Source of the DNA: Epithemia pelagica
Lineage: Eukaryota > Protista > Bacillariophyta
Assembly (NCBI GenBank): GCA_946965045.2
Contig: OX337229.1
Location: 620,001-684,000, forward strand
Reading direction: 5' to 3'
Length of the DNA: 64,000 bases
Positions 53,044-64,000 of the stretch are shown here, piece by piece. Position 1 is the stretch's first letter, and each line of letters opens with the position of its first letter. The notes below the pieces were generated by a model. It made no database searches. It was given only the letters and a program-made list of their open reading frames with translations, and had not been told where the DNA came from. The position numbers and the translations under genes are program-made.

Positions 53044-53421
53044 CTACGGGTACACAGGAACCGTTTTCAAACCCCCTACTGGGTTCCACCAATTACATTG
53101 TTACATGACTCCCATGTTGTCCTTTTGTGAACGGATCGAATGAATCGCGCCGGGGAAAAACTATCAAGAAAATACGTGCAAACCTGAGCCTTGCATGAGT
53201 GGTCGCCCGTTTGCTCGTGGGTAAGGACAACAGTGGCTTGAGTCCTTGTGTGCGACAGTATTTGCTTTCTGGGATCCCTGCTGCGAATGATATTGCGCGA
53301 TTTTCATTTCCTCTCTCGAAATGTTCCGCTACGACTTGTAATTATTATAGACAACTTTGCTTAGAAGTCTTTCGCATCGATCATCCATCCATTGCCGACG
53401 TTCCTTGTTCGTTCGCAGGCT

Positions 53422-55605
53422 TTATCCATGCATTCCCTGCTTCGCCAGCCGCGATTGTTGATGCAGGGTATGCAACTGACGGACCGACCGATGTCGATGC
53501 GCACGATTCGTTGGGTCGTCCATGCTGTGGTCCTGCGTCGTCGTTGTCGTGGCTGCCTGATACAAGAGTTCACAATACTTCCACGATTCGTACAATCGAA
53601 TCGATCGTAAGGCCAAGTGTTCCACCAATTGCAAAAACAAGAGGGCACAGACGCGACTTCCACGCACCAATTTGGGTGCACCCTTGCCACCCATATCATC
53701 CACCACGTCCCCAGTTCTTGTTGTAGTTGTTGCTATTTTTTCGTTCAGCAAGACATTGGATGCCTCGTGCCACCGTTCCTTGCCAGTGTCCTTTGGTTCC
53801 TCCTCTTCATGGTCATTCAACAAAAGTGTTTGCATATTGTGTCGCGAACCGACCACGCGCATGACATCGTCTCCTTTTTCCATGGAGGATTCCTCTGGTG
53901 CAGCAGTCACGTCTTCCAACGACGATGTTGAAACGACCGAGGCCAATTCGACAATGGACCGACGAATTTGTACCATTTTGGATTGGAGTTCCTGGGCTGC
54001 CTCTTGATCCAAGGGAACGGACAACATTTTACCAATCAAGGTCCCGACAGTCGCAAACAAACCAATATGGGCTTCTCCAAAGTCATGCTTGGGATCGTTT
54101 CGGACAATGCCATCAATCAAAACAACGGTATGTTGGATCCGTAAGGCGCGGGCCAAGGTATGGGCTACTTCGGTCCGAAATTTGGCCACCACGTGATCGG
54201 GGGCGGTAAATTGAAAGGGATCGTAGGATAACATGTTGAGTTGGGCTTGAATCAAGCGTGATTCTTGAATGGCCTTTTCTTGTGTCATTAATGCCTCATC
54301 GGCTCGTCCAATGACGACAGCAGCCGCAGCCGCCGTGGCCGTTGAAAACGCCCGATGAGGTGAACCGTCCTCCTCTTCGTCCTGGTTGTGATTTCTCCAT
54401 GGTCGATGCGAGGCGGTCAATTTGGTTCGAAACGACCGTTGCTGTTGTTGTTGTTGTTGTTGTTGGCGTAGGCTCGTAGTACTACTCGTTGTTCTTATCG
54501 ATTCAAGCATGAGTTCTTCGGCCAAGGCCAGAGGAACGTAGGCACTTTCGGAAAAGTGATCGGCCGCATGATACAAGACGGCCTGTGAGGCTTGTCCGGC
54601 CAATTGAATTTGCAATTGAATTTTGCGTTGCAAAATTTGAACCGTCGATCGCGGCAAAATAAAAATACTCAGAGCTGCTCCCATGAGACAACCAATCAAG
54701 ACATTGAGAATTCGATACAAGGCCTTGGTCCATCGAGCTTCACTGTTGGAGTCGGAATAAAAGGGCAAGATGCAAATATAAAAGGTTAACAAACTCAAGA
54801 TGCAGGCATAATTGTAACGGGCAATAATTTTGGGACCCGTCGTCGTGCCGGTTGTCGATGTCGTGGGTGGTGCCCCCGGCAAGGCTTGAACGGGATATTG
54901 CAAGGCGGCCCAACACAGGACAAAGGTATAACTGGCAATGCAGGTCCCCACAAAGATGGCTTGTCCGTTCTTGTGCAGTCCACAGAAATGGACCGAGGCC
55001 ACACCACACAAGACGCCAACCGATGCGCCAATCAAGGTCCCATAAATGCGTTGGAGGGATTTTTCCACAACCGAAGCCGCATCGAGACTGGGGAACCAAC
55101 AAACGAACAAGACGGTGATAATCACCCACATGCCTTGTGGATATTCGACGCCCTGGTCGCCACCAATCAAGACAAATAAGGAGGCCACGGTAATAGACAC
55201 ACTCATGCGAGTACCAAAGGCCAAGGCATTGCGGTCCAAGGATGAAACCAAGGACGAGGACCACTCTCTGATTGTGGACAAGGGCCACCACAATCGAGTT
55301 TCAACTCGTGTACTGCTTCGAACAGATGTTTGGGGATCTATCGTTGTTGCTGAGGAAAACGAATGCCATATTGGAGCTTGACTCAAGTTGTTGTGGTTCT
55401 TCTTGAGATTGCTTTGGTACGCTGCTTCTGTTGGTTCGTTGTCGGGTCGAATCGTTGGAGTATAGTAGGACTGGACCGAGGAAAAGTCATGAGATTCTTC
55501 TGTGGAGGATGCAAAGCTCAGTAATCGATCCGTTTCCTGATTCCTTTCGTCATCCCGAAACAGGTCGTTAGTCGTAGGAGAAGGAGCAACTGTGGCAGCC
55601 GCCAT
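53422..55605 (-). CDS. Aluminium-activated malate transporter (ALMT)/aromatic-acid-exporter family membrane protein
   Basis: GMWVIITVLFVCW...EKSLQRIYGTLIGA, YACILSLLTF, ALYRILNVLIGC, then a long soluble C-terminus. Confidence 0.8.
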   Translation of the reverse strand: MAAATVAPSPTTNDLFRDDERNQETDRLLSFASSTEESHDFSSVQSYYTPTIRPDNEPTEAAYQSNLKKNHNNLSQAPIWHSFSSATTIDPQTSVRSSTRVETRLWWPLSTIREWSSSLVSSLDRNALAFGTRMSVSITVASLFVLIGGDQGVEYPQGMWVIITVLFVCWFPSLDAASVVEKSLQRIYGTLIGASVGVLCGVASVHFCGLHKNGQAIFVGTCIASYTFVLCWAALQYPVQALPGAPPTTSTTGTTTGPKIIARYNYACILSLLTFYICILPFYSDSNSEARWTKALYRILNVLIGCLMGAALSIFILPRSTVQILQRKIQLQIQLAGQASQAVLYHAADHFSESAYVPLALAEELMLESIRTTSSTTSLRQQQQQQQQQRSFRTKLTASHRPWRNHNQDEEEDGSPHRAFSTATAAAAAVVIGRADEALMTQEKAIQESRLIQAQLNMLSYDPFQFTAPDHVVAKFRTEVAHTLARALRIQHTVVLIDGIVRNDPKHDFGEAHIGLFATVGTLIGKMLSVPLDQEAAQELQSKMVQIRRSIVELASVVSTSSLEDVTAAPEESSMEKGDDVMRVVGSRHNMQTLLLNDHEEEEPKDTGKERWHEASNVLLNEKIATTTTRTGDVVDDMGGKGAPKLVRGSRVCALLFLQLVEHLALRSIRLYESWKYCELLYQAATTTTTQDHSMDDPTNRAHRHRSVRQLHTLHQQSRLAKQGMHG

Positions 55606-56056
55606 GGTGATAGGATTCTTGTGTTTTTGGTTGGAGACAAAAAAATGAGATCACCGTGTCAGGCGAGGTCGCATCTTTGGGTCGCATGAAATGTCCTTCG
55701 CGATCGCGTTTCCGAAACAGCGACCAAAAGCTATCACTCCGACGCAAAACTACAGTGGCATAGGAGTAGCTTGTTTTCTTTTTCCATCCGTCATTGGATT
55801 CAGTCTCATTTATCCATTCATTCTCACTTGGTGGACGTCAACGTCGACACAACAAGTGGCTCTATATTGTATGAATGAATGGAGAACGAAACAAACGAAC
55901 GAACTCGTTCCTTTTTCGATAAAGCCAAAGTCAGACGAATTCTCGGGTGATCCATAGTACTCCATCTCGTTGCCTCCAAGGCTGAAAGCCCACATATAGA
56001 TCTGAGCGGATACGATTGTTGGTGGCACAGTTTTGTTCAAACACCAAAAGAATGCC

Positions 56057-57583
56057 ATGAACAACGACAGCAAGACTACTAACCATTCCATTCGTCATGG
56101 AAGTAACAGAAGCCAGACCGACCACGAGATTCCAGTTTCCTTGGGCAAACCATCCTTGCGTCGCCGTTTGGAGGCCTATTATCGACAAGTGGCACCCTCT
56201 CACATTGCCAATCATGAGGAATGGCGAAGTAAGGTGGACCAAATCTACGACAAGTACGGTGGATCCTATCAAGGCGAAGCCAAGTTGGCCCGACACTTGT
56301 ATCGCAAATATGGATCTCGTGTCACCTTTGCCCAAGTGCAACAATCATCACAATCCGCCGAGACTGCCGCAACACTTGCAACCAACGATGGAAAGCAACA
56401 AGACGAATCCTGGTATCAAACCAAAATGCAACAATTCAATGATCGTTCGGGTGTATTGGACATGACTCATCCTTCCATGGATGCCGTGGCCCTGTTGCGT
56501 GCATCCAACTCTTTGGTGCTGCAGCACAATCCTTGGTTGGATCCAAGCAGTATGGCGACTACTACCACAACAACAAGCACAAGCACATCATCTCTTGCGA
56601 CTTCTACGACAAATGTCTTGTTGGATCGCGTGGCCTTGTTTGCTCCGTATTTACCAGTCTGTGATCCTTTGGCTCGACCCTCCACTGGTGGAGTATCCAG
56701 AAAACGCCCTCGTACCGATCCAGCCACTACGGCTACGACAACAACTGCTTCCAACTCCCAAAAACAAAAATCCTCCTTTCATGTACCCCGTTGTTTTGCC
56801 GAAATTGCGCAAGCCGTGGTCACCTCTGCCAACTATCAGTGCTATCGTAAAAAGCAGAGCCGCCGAACAAGCAGCAGCAACCCAAACAACAACAGCAACA
56901 AGAAGGAGAATCCAATGGACGCGAACGACGACCCCGCTACTACTGCCAAAGCGTCCACCAATCACAAGGACGACGACATGCTTCAAGACGGTCCCATGGG
57001 TCTCTTGTATCGGGCCATGCAGGAACGATTTCAAGTCTGCATTGTTATTCGTCATGGCAAACATGGAGTTCGTGGTACGTTGACGGGCTTTGTCATGGCT
57101 CTCGACAAGCATTGGAATTTAATACTGCAAAATGTTCAAGAATTGTATTCCTGTCAACCCAGTCACGACGAGACTGACAAGGACGCAAACAACAAGATTG
57201 ATTGGAAGGAGAGCCCGATCGAGCGAGAAATTCAACGTCGACAGTGCCGGCCTTCGATTGTTGAAGCGCAAGGTTCATCTACTACACGGCATTCGTTGTT
57301 TGTCCACAAGCGTCGCTACATGCCCCAAATTTTGGTACGTGGAGATACCATTGTCTTGGTGTATCGAGCATCGGCGGAACAATCGGTCGTCACCCAAACA
57401 TCCCTGCAGTCTCGGTATCCTCCACGACGCAAACACTCCAAATCCACAACGCTTTCCAGCACCGACAGCATACCCGCAGAATTGAGGAATGAAAGGACAA
57501 TTGTGGGGACACCAGGAACATGCACGTGTCCTCCACCGCTCCGAGCCAAGTCACGACACTACAAGAAACAACGACGCCGATAA
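56057..57583 (+). CDS. Large LSM-domain protein with split Sm1/Sm2 motifs (Lsm11-like)
   Basis: GPMGLLYRAM...GTLTGFVMALDKHWNLILQNVQE (Sm1), a ~45-aa insert, then RRYMPQILVRGDTIVLV (Sm2). N-terminal LDMTHPSMDAVALL and LDRVALF resemble Lsm11 N-terminal motifs. Confidence 0.7.
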   Translation: MNNDSKTTNHSIRHGSNRSQTDHEIPVSLGKPSLRRRLEAYYRQVAPSHIANHEEWRSKVDQIYDKYGGSYQGEAKLARHLYRKYGSRVTFAQVQQSSQSAETAATLATNDGKQQDESWYQTKMQQFNDRSGVLDMTHPSMDAVALLRASNSLVLQHNPWLDPSSMATTTTTTSTSTSSLATSTTNVLLDRVALFAPYLPVCDPLARPSTGGVSRKRPRTDPATTATTTTASNSQKQKSSFHVPRCFAEIAQAVVTSANYQCYRKKQSRRTSSSNPNNNSNKKENPMDANDDPATTAKASTNHKDDDMLQDGPMGLLYRAMQERFQVCIVIRHGKHGVRGTLTGFVMALDKHWNLILQNVQELYSCQPSHDETDKDANNKIDWKESPIEREIQRRQCRPSIVEAQGSSTTRHSLFVHKRRYMPQILVRGDTIVLVYRASAEQSVVTQTSLQSRYPPRRKHSKSTTLSSTDSIPAELRNERTIVGTPGTCTCPPPLRAKSRHYKKQRRR

Positions 57584-58068
57584 CACAATCACAGGAAACA
57601 TTCCATAAAGTGCCAACTAGTAGCATCCTATGGGTTTGGAAACGGTTCCTATCTTCCCGGTGGTAACTTGTCGGTATTATTTGAGGTGAAGGAAATTCGT
57701 TTGCAGTCCCCAATCTTGTCTTACCGGTGTCCTGACCGTACATCTTACAAGGTCGAGCGCAGTTTGGTCACGAGTTGGTGACAATGGTACCGTGATAAGC
57801 AATGCGTTTGTGTAACTGGACGGCAGTACCTTGTTGGGCACCGGACGATTCAGGAGTGTGCTTAGAGTGCCTTTGCGCGTCTCTCCTACGTATTCTCTCA
57901 AATGTGTGAATGGTGAAGACAATCGCAGGCGGCGTCACTCTGGTCACAGAAACAAAAGGAACTCTACTACTAGAAGTCTTTTCTTGTCAAGCACACATAT
58001 GGACAAGAGGACAAACTAAGATGAGCTAAGTATTAATAAGTATGAATTTTCAAAATATAAGGCTTGTG

Positions 58069-59461
58069 TTAGACTGAATTGTCACGATCCAACCGAAAGG
58101 TATGATTGCATCCGATTTGAAAGACTCCGTTGTCATCGTAATAGGCGTAACATCCTCGTTCTCGTTTACAAGTTTCCACATCAGCCTTGAGCTGTCCATC
58201 CAGCTGCTCCTTTTTGTGAAAGGCAAAGGCATTCGGCATATCTTTATCATGGTAGGTACCATACGTTTTTTGAATACCAAGACCACCCTTGTTTTGGGGA
58301 TCCACATTGGACCACAAAATGGGTTGGTCTGGTTGATAGACGGGGCAACAACGTGGAAAATGAATGTGAGACCAGAGTGACTGGAAAACACATGAAAGTC
58401 AAATCGTTGGAAGCGACAAAGACAAACTCTAGTAGACACATACCTTTGGGGATCCGGTATAAATCCTTGCCTTGATTTCCACCATATAGAACCCGGTGTT
58501 TCGTAAAGTAGGCTCGCATCTCCGGTCCTAGAAATCGACCTGTGGCGATTTTGCCCTGGACACATTGGACGTCAAATTGGTTTCCGGCAAATTCGGCATG
58601 TGTCTTGGCCAGGGCATACCAAATGCCCGGTTGGTCCGAATCGCCCCACGAGTATTTTCCGGGTGTGGTGTTAAAGTTTCCTTGCGAACAGAGTCCCTGC
58701 GCAAACCGCATCCAATGATGCAACACACGTCGACCAAAAGCATTGTTTCGAATCATGACAACATAGGCCGAAAAAACATGAAAGCCGGGAACATCGACCG
58801 GCACGAACACTGACACATTGCGAAAGCCGTGCAATTCCCAGTCCCTGACAAAACTTTCCAACGGAATGGTGAGATCGCGAATGTACCAGTCCACATCGGC
58901 ATAGACGAGCCAATCATAGTGTGGCAAGGCGGCAACCATGTGCGGGACGCGATGCCATGTGCCGTATTCCAACCAATACCGAGACTGCAGCTTGTGATCA
59001 AATCCCCACGTGGTGTTGAAAATAAAGTCATAGCCCCAAATGTTGGAGTAACAGGCCTTGTTGATCATATGATCAATATTGGTAGCCTCGATGCGAGGTG
59101 CCCGTGGACCATGTTTTTTGGTCACAAAACCCGACAAGATGGCAATTTTGGGCCTTTGTGTGTCTGAATTGCTCCTCGCACTGTCGCTTGTTATGTTCAT
59201 TATGTTGGTGGTATTGTTCGTTATGGTTGTGTTGTTTGTTGTGGTTGTGTTGCTCGTTGTCGTCTGTAGTACGGATTCACTGATCGGCAGCGTTGCATTC
59301 AAATTGAAATATAGCACCACCTCTTCAAAGGAAGGTGCCATCAACTCCATGGAAGACTGAAACATCCAAAGATTCAGACTGAGCAGTACGATCGTAACCG
59401 TGGTAAGTAACCGTGGAAACAGCTTTCCGCCCGTTGGAAAAAGATATTTCGCAAACGTCAT
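58069..59461 (-). CDS. GT34 (GMA12/MNN10-like) glycosyltransferase, type II membrane protein, 2 exons
   Basis: N-terminal TM and Thr/Asn-rich stem. INKACY...GYDF, YDWLVYADVD (DxD), IRNNAFGRRVL, DQPGIW. Intron 58443-58329 (GTATGT...CCAG). Confidence 0.82.
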
Positions 59462-59780
59462 TTTTTATGAGCGGATGATTGTGGAGAGCTAGAATCGGAT
59501 AGACTTGATGTTGCGAGTCTAATGGAAGGTTCGAGAGACGTGTGGTCGTCTGGATGTTTGTGATCACTTGTACTACTTGTGCAGAGTAGGTTCTTTGGTC
59601 GGAAGCAGTGAGATTGTGGATTTTGTGTGCGAGTTCAATTGAAGATACGAGAGACGTCTGGTCGTCTGGATGCCTGCACTTAATTTTGGTCGGAGGGAAT
59701 CGAGTCTCGTGAGATGCTCTGGTTATTGTTGAAACACAACTCCGGTCGTACCGTACAAGTAACCACTAGAGATGATCTCG

Positions 59781-60002
59781 TGTTATTTTAAAAAGAATGA
59801 GCCTCCTCATGGCTCACTTGTTTGTTTCGCCTCGATCTTGTGCCTATGACTCTGACGTGTCACCAAAGTCCATTGGGCCTTTTCCTCTTCAGTCGCACTT
59901 TTCGTTTCCTTTGCCTTACTCGCATCCACTTCGGTCGACGCTACCCTAGCGGGTGCGTTAAAATAGATTGTACCTTTTTTTTCGCATCCACTTGTCCTAA
60001 CA
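59781..60002 (-). repeat. Probable 3' LTR (222 bp), canonical TGTTA...TAACA ends
   Basis: Starts right after the PPT and has a 5-bp terminal inverted repeat. The partner LTR and TSD are outside the window, so the left boundary is inferred. The pol stop codon (59941-59943) lies inside the LTR. Confidence 0.7.
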
Positions 60003-63000
60003 CACTCCTTCGCGAGGAATGGTATTTACTAGTTCTCGGGATATTCATTAGGGCATCACGAAAAGTATAGAAGATGGATCCTTGCAACGGCTTTGTGTGG
60101 AAGTCAGCGATCATTTCTTCAGTCGGGCAATATTCAATTCGTAAGTCTTTCTTGTCAACACGATCCTTGATATAGAAATATCTGATGTTGATATGTTTTG
60201 TTCGTTTGCTGCTTGACACACGTCCATTTTTCTCGAGCAAGATGGTACTCTTGTTATCTTGATACAAGATCACGTCCTTTATTGGATAGCCTTGGGCCTC
60301 CATAAATTGCTTACTCCACATGATAAATGGAAGTCCATCGTGGACCCCAATTAGTTCGCTTTCAGTCGAACTTCTGGCAACTAATTTTTGTTTGCTTGAC
60401 ATGCTCAGAGCGGCCCCTTGTCCCATTGACATGACTGCTCCAGTATGTCCACGCATATTTGGATGAATTGCGTACGACACATCAATCCACCATTTGACAA
60501 TGCCACTCCCATCACAGTTGAGGCGTAACAGGAGGTCTTTTGTCGACTGCAGGTATTTCATTAGTCGGGAGAGTTTCCTCCAGTCCTCCTCAGTTGGCTC
60601 AGCAACTCGAGTACTCAAGAAAGCCAGAGTTGCTCTCAAATCAGGTCGTCCCCGTTGGGCCAAATACATGAGCTGCATAGTGAGACTATGGAAATAGTCG
60701 GCTTGGTCTTGTTTCAGTTTTGGGGACTCTTCTGTCACCATGAAGAGATGATTAGCTGCTGGTGTCAAGGCTTTGCCATGAAATTCCTTTGGCGCTTCCT
60801 CAATCAATCCTTGGATGTATAATTGCATATCGACCATAAGGGTACCGGGCTCACTAAAATCCAACCACATTCCCAGATAATCATGACGCTTGCCACGTGA
60901 AATGGACAGTTCACCAAGGGTGGCAAAAGTGCTGTTCAAATCCTCAATGATTTGCGTTACCACGGCAGGATCTTTGTGAGAGATCTTAAGATTGTCCACA
61001 TGCCAGGTAAGCGTACACTGATGGCCGTTGATTGTTTTGTTTGCCACACAAGAATCGTATGGATTAATCTCGAAGCCCCAGCTTTTCACAACACTTGTGA
61101 GCTTCTCCCAAAATAGTCTTGCTGCTCTGAGTGTACTGTATAGAGCTCGTAGTAATTCCACATATATAACTTTTTCTCCACGTTCATAAACCACAAATTG
61201 TTCGTAGCTTTTGTCAATTTCGATCAAGAGGTCGACCATCAGTCCCGTTGTGCGCATATAGACGTCCTTGTCCATGATTACTTGCATAAATGCACCTGGG
61301 ATGTCAACTACTGCCACCTCTCGCTTCTCCATCGCATCAACTATTGCCGTGATAAATACCGCCTCTGTTGATACTGTTGGTGAGACTGTGTCTTCCTTTG
61401 CAATATGACCCCGCTGCTTTCTACCGTCTGCACAACCACGACCTTTGATCTTCCCATTCCTTTTTCTCTTTAGGAACATCAAGTATCCTAAGGCTTGGCG
61501 TATTTGTTCTTTCGTGAGTTGGCTCTTGTGAATTGCTCGAATCACGTCTCGGTCATGAAGTTGTAGAACTTCTTTCTTGACTGCCGAGACTCCCAGATCT
61601 CCAAACATCCTCACTCCTTGTTTCATACCCATCTGTGGAGTTTCGTTGGTAGCGCTCGTCACACAGATATCATGGTCGTATCTATGCGCGTAGCTACGTT
61701 CTCTATTTGTACGTAGATTGTATCTTCTTTCCGATGGGTCTCTGTCGCCACTTGGTGCTGCAGTGGGTTCTGTTCTGGGTTCTGGTTCCAGGGCCGGCTC
61801 AGCTTGGTTCTCTGCTAACATGTTGTCTGCCACGGCTTGATCAACAAAATATTCTATATTTTGTTCGTCCTGTTGGTCAATCTCATTTGCCAATACAGGA
61901 TTTTCATTGAGTTCTCCTTCGTGATACTGCTCCACTCCTGGATTTTCAGCTGGAGCATTGATCGGACCATCGAACGGTTCTCCTTCTGCAGCTGGAGCAT
62001 TGATCGGACCATCGAAAGGTTCTCCTTCTACTGATGGTTGGTCGAATACTTGATCATCGTTTTCCACATCCTCCACTCCTTGATCCCCCACTCCTTGATT
62101 TCCTCCATCTCCTCAATTGGATCACCTATTCCTTCCTCTTCCTCACCGATGACCTCCATACCCAATCCATGGTTTTCATCTTCCTCGTCTACCTCTTCAT
62201 CCACTTCTTCTAGCTCGCCGTCAATATACTCTTCATCATACCGAAGATCAATATCTTGCTCTTCTTCGTCAACAATGAATTCCTCATCGTTTGATTCATC
62301 ATCATCATCAAATTCGAGGGCTACAATTCGGTTGTCACGGTTGCCAAATGCCAAATTTGGGTACCGATCTTGCGCATTGGTTAAGTCATACACGCGTTTT
62401 TCGATGCCTTCAGGCATTGGCACAATTGTTGCATGATTCCTGTTGATGATTCGGCCAGTAACTAGGCTCATGAAGTAGTATCCTCCCTGGCGGTTCCCTG
62501 TAGGGCGAAGGGCAATTGCTCCCACTGTTCTTGGTCCCATGTTGTTTGAATGCTGCTCGTGGGTTTGGACGTACTGACCAAATTCAAATTTGCAGTGACG
62601 ATTAAAGTCAATCATTTCCCCAGTTACGAGAGTTCTAGGACTGAGCGTGTTGGAAAGTCCTTGGGATGCTGGAAAAGCGTTCAGCCAATAACAAGCATAC
62701 TTTGCCAGTTCAATCACCATAATTCTTGGGACATAGCGAAATGGGAGTGTGTTATATACACAATGCATTCATTCCTTGAGCGTTCGTATGTATCGTTCCA
62801 CCTCACCAACATGTTCTTCTCTTGAAGTTGGGTTGAGCTTGATCCCAATGTTGTTGAGGGCTGCATTGATCTCTGTCGTATCAAAGGCTCCATCAGCTAA
62901 GAGAACACGTGGTCTCAGATCTCCTCGTCGATATATTGACGCTACCTGTTTGATTGCCGTAATGACAGACTGATCTGTAACTGACGGTAGGGTATGGACT

Positions 63001-64000
63001 GTCCCGAACTTGATATTCCGAGAGATGGTGACAAGGAAACCCACGCCATTAACATGCATTACATCCATGCTGAGAACAACATCTTTGTGTTTGTCCGGGA
63101 TGGGGACGTCAACGAGTTCTTGGAATTCCACTTTGTGTGGGCGTCTTCGCGTTGTTTTTCCTTTTAGGATCCCTATGTCGGGTCCAAAGATTTTCATTGC
63201 TAACTTGACATCATGACTCGTGAATGGGCAATTCGGAAGTAAATTTGAGTCCAGAATCTTACACAGTTCACGGTCACTTGGTCGCCCTACTTTTGCTTGA
63301 AGCGACCGGACTCCCTTAGCACGAGCAACTTCATTCTCCGTATATCCTTGCTTATTCTTAGACACAGTGGTGACTAGGCATGATTTATTATCTGAATTAC
63401 GCTCAGTATAATACAAGCCATCTCCATTTGATTTGAAGCAGTCCACCTGGTCTCCATTTTTGTCATATACTGTGAATGTATCGTTGTCGTCGTTGTACTT
63501 GATCTTGTGGGTTTTGGTAATGATATAGAATGAGAGGATGTTGACCCAGCCCCCTTGGTCAAACCAGACCGTTCCATAAGGGTCAAATTTGCCTTGAAGT
63601 GCTGTTGTCCTGAATCCCCCATGTCCCCGTATTGTTATCTGATGTGGGGCCTTGGATGGTTGATTTCGTAGAAGTTGTGGATTTGAAAAGACATGGACTG
63701 TTGCCTGGTTGTCGAGTAGGATCCAGGTCTTGGGTATGTTAGTCTGGGAAGTTGAAAGAGAAAGAACAGGTGAGATTGGAATAACAGTTGATATATGGTC
63801 AGTATGATTCGAACCTTGTTGATTGGCACCACCTTGGGTGTCGCCTTGATTTGTAGTTGTTGTAGTGGTTGTTGAATCGGTGATGAATGCAACACCAGTA
63901 CCTCCATTTGCATTTGTCGTATCATGTTGACTCTGTTGTTCTTGTTTTCTTGACATTCTTGCATCCATGATTGCTCTAGCGTCGGCCAAGGTAGCTGGAT
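59941..64000 (-). pseudogene. Disrupted copia pol
   Basis: In-frame TGA at 62769-62771 (LKE*MHC), a 1-nt deletion near 62095-62101 (GAAAT for GAAAAT) and RT motif HVDN instead of HVDD. Confidence 0.9.
61947..62029. repeat. 42-bp tandem duplication in the integrase-RT linker (EGEPFDGPINAPA x2)
   Basis: Copies start at 61947 and 61989. Confidence 0.9.

Larger units (their letters stand above)
59781..64000 (-). mobile_element. Decayed Ty1/copia (CoDi-like) retrotransposon; its 5' part lies beyond the window
   Basis: Protease ILLDNQAT, integrase (LSMDVM...EHVGEVERYIRT), RT, RNase H, PPT GAAGGAGTG (60003-60011) and 3' LTR. Confidence 0.93.

Noticed and set aside
33682-59461. Metabolic gene cluster (D27, DHCR7, pirin, ALMT, GT34)
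   Set aside because: Unrelated pathways interleaved with housekeeping genes; no evidence of co-regulation.
62769-62771. Programmed readthrough in the second copia
   Set aside because: The stop is inside the integrase core, not at a gag-pol junction, and the element has other inactivating lesions.

Overview
Eukaryotic nuclear DNA, most likely a pennate diatom. This is inferred from short GT-AG introns, bipartite plastid-targeting leaders, CoDi-type Ty1/copia elements and diatom-style STAND and ankyrin-like genes. The window holds about 20 host genes: STI1/HOP, a SMARCAL1-like SNF2, an HDAC, FAM192A, two tandem tRNA-Gly, a D27-like isomerase, a transportin, a UAA-family nucleotide-sugar transporter, GCP2, DHCR7, pirin, an ALMT-like transporter, an Lsm11-like protein, a GT34 glycosyltransferase, a DUF2235 lipase-like protein and several unknowns. 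Several loci are disrupted. There are two copia retrotransposons. The first (20287-30638, minus) is complete and apparently very young: identical 715-bp LTRs, ACATG target-site duplication and intact catalytic motifs. It is unusual in having AG...CT instead of TG...CA ends, a half-tRNA-type PBS, and a ~1,100-aa in-frame insert with membrane-spanning segments between Gag and protease. The second (59781 to window end) is decayed, and four of its lesions fall in CpG context. The first 1.4 kb holds the tail of a TE-like ORF followed by an array of hairpin modules (144-bp period) showing a compensatory base change. All calls come from motif recognition by eye; no searches were run.
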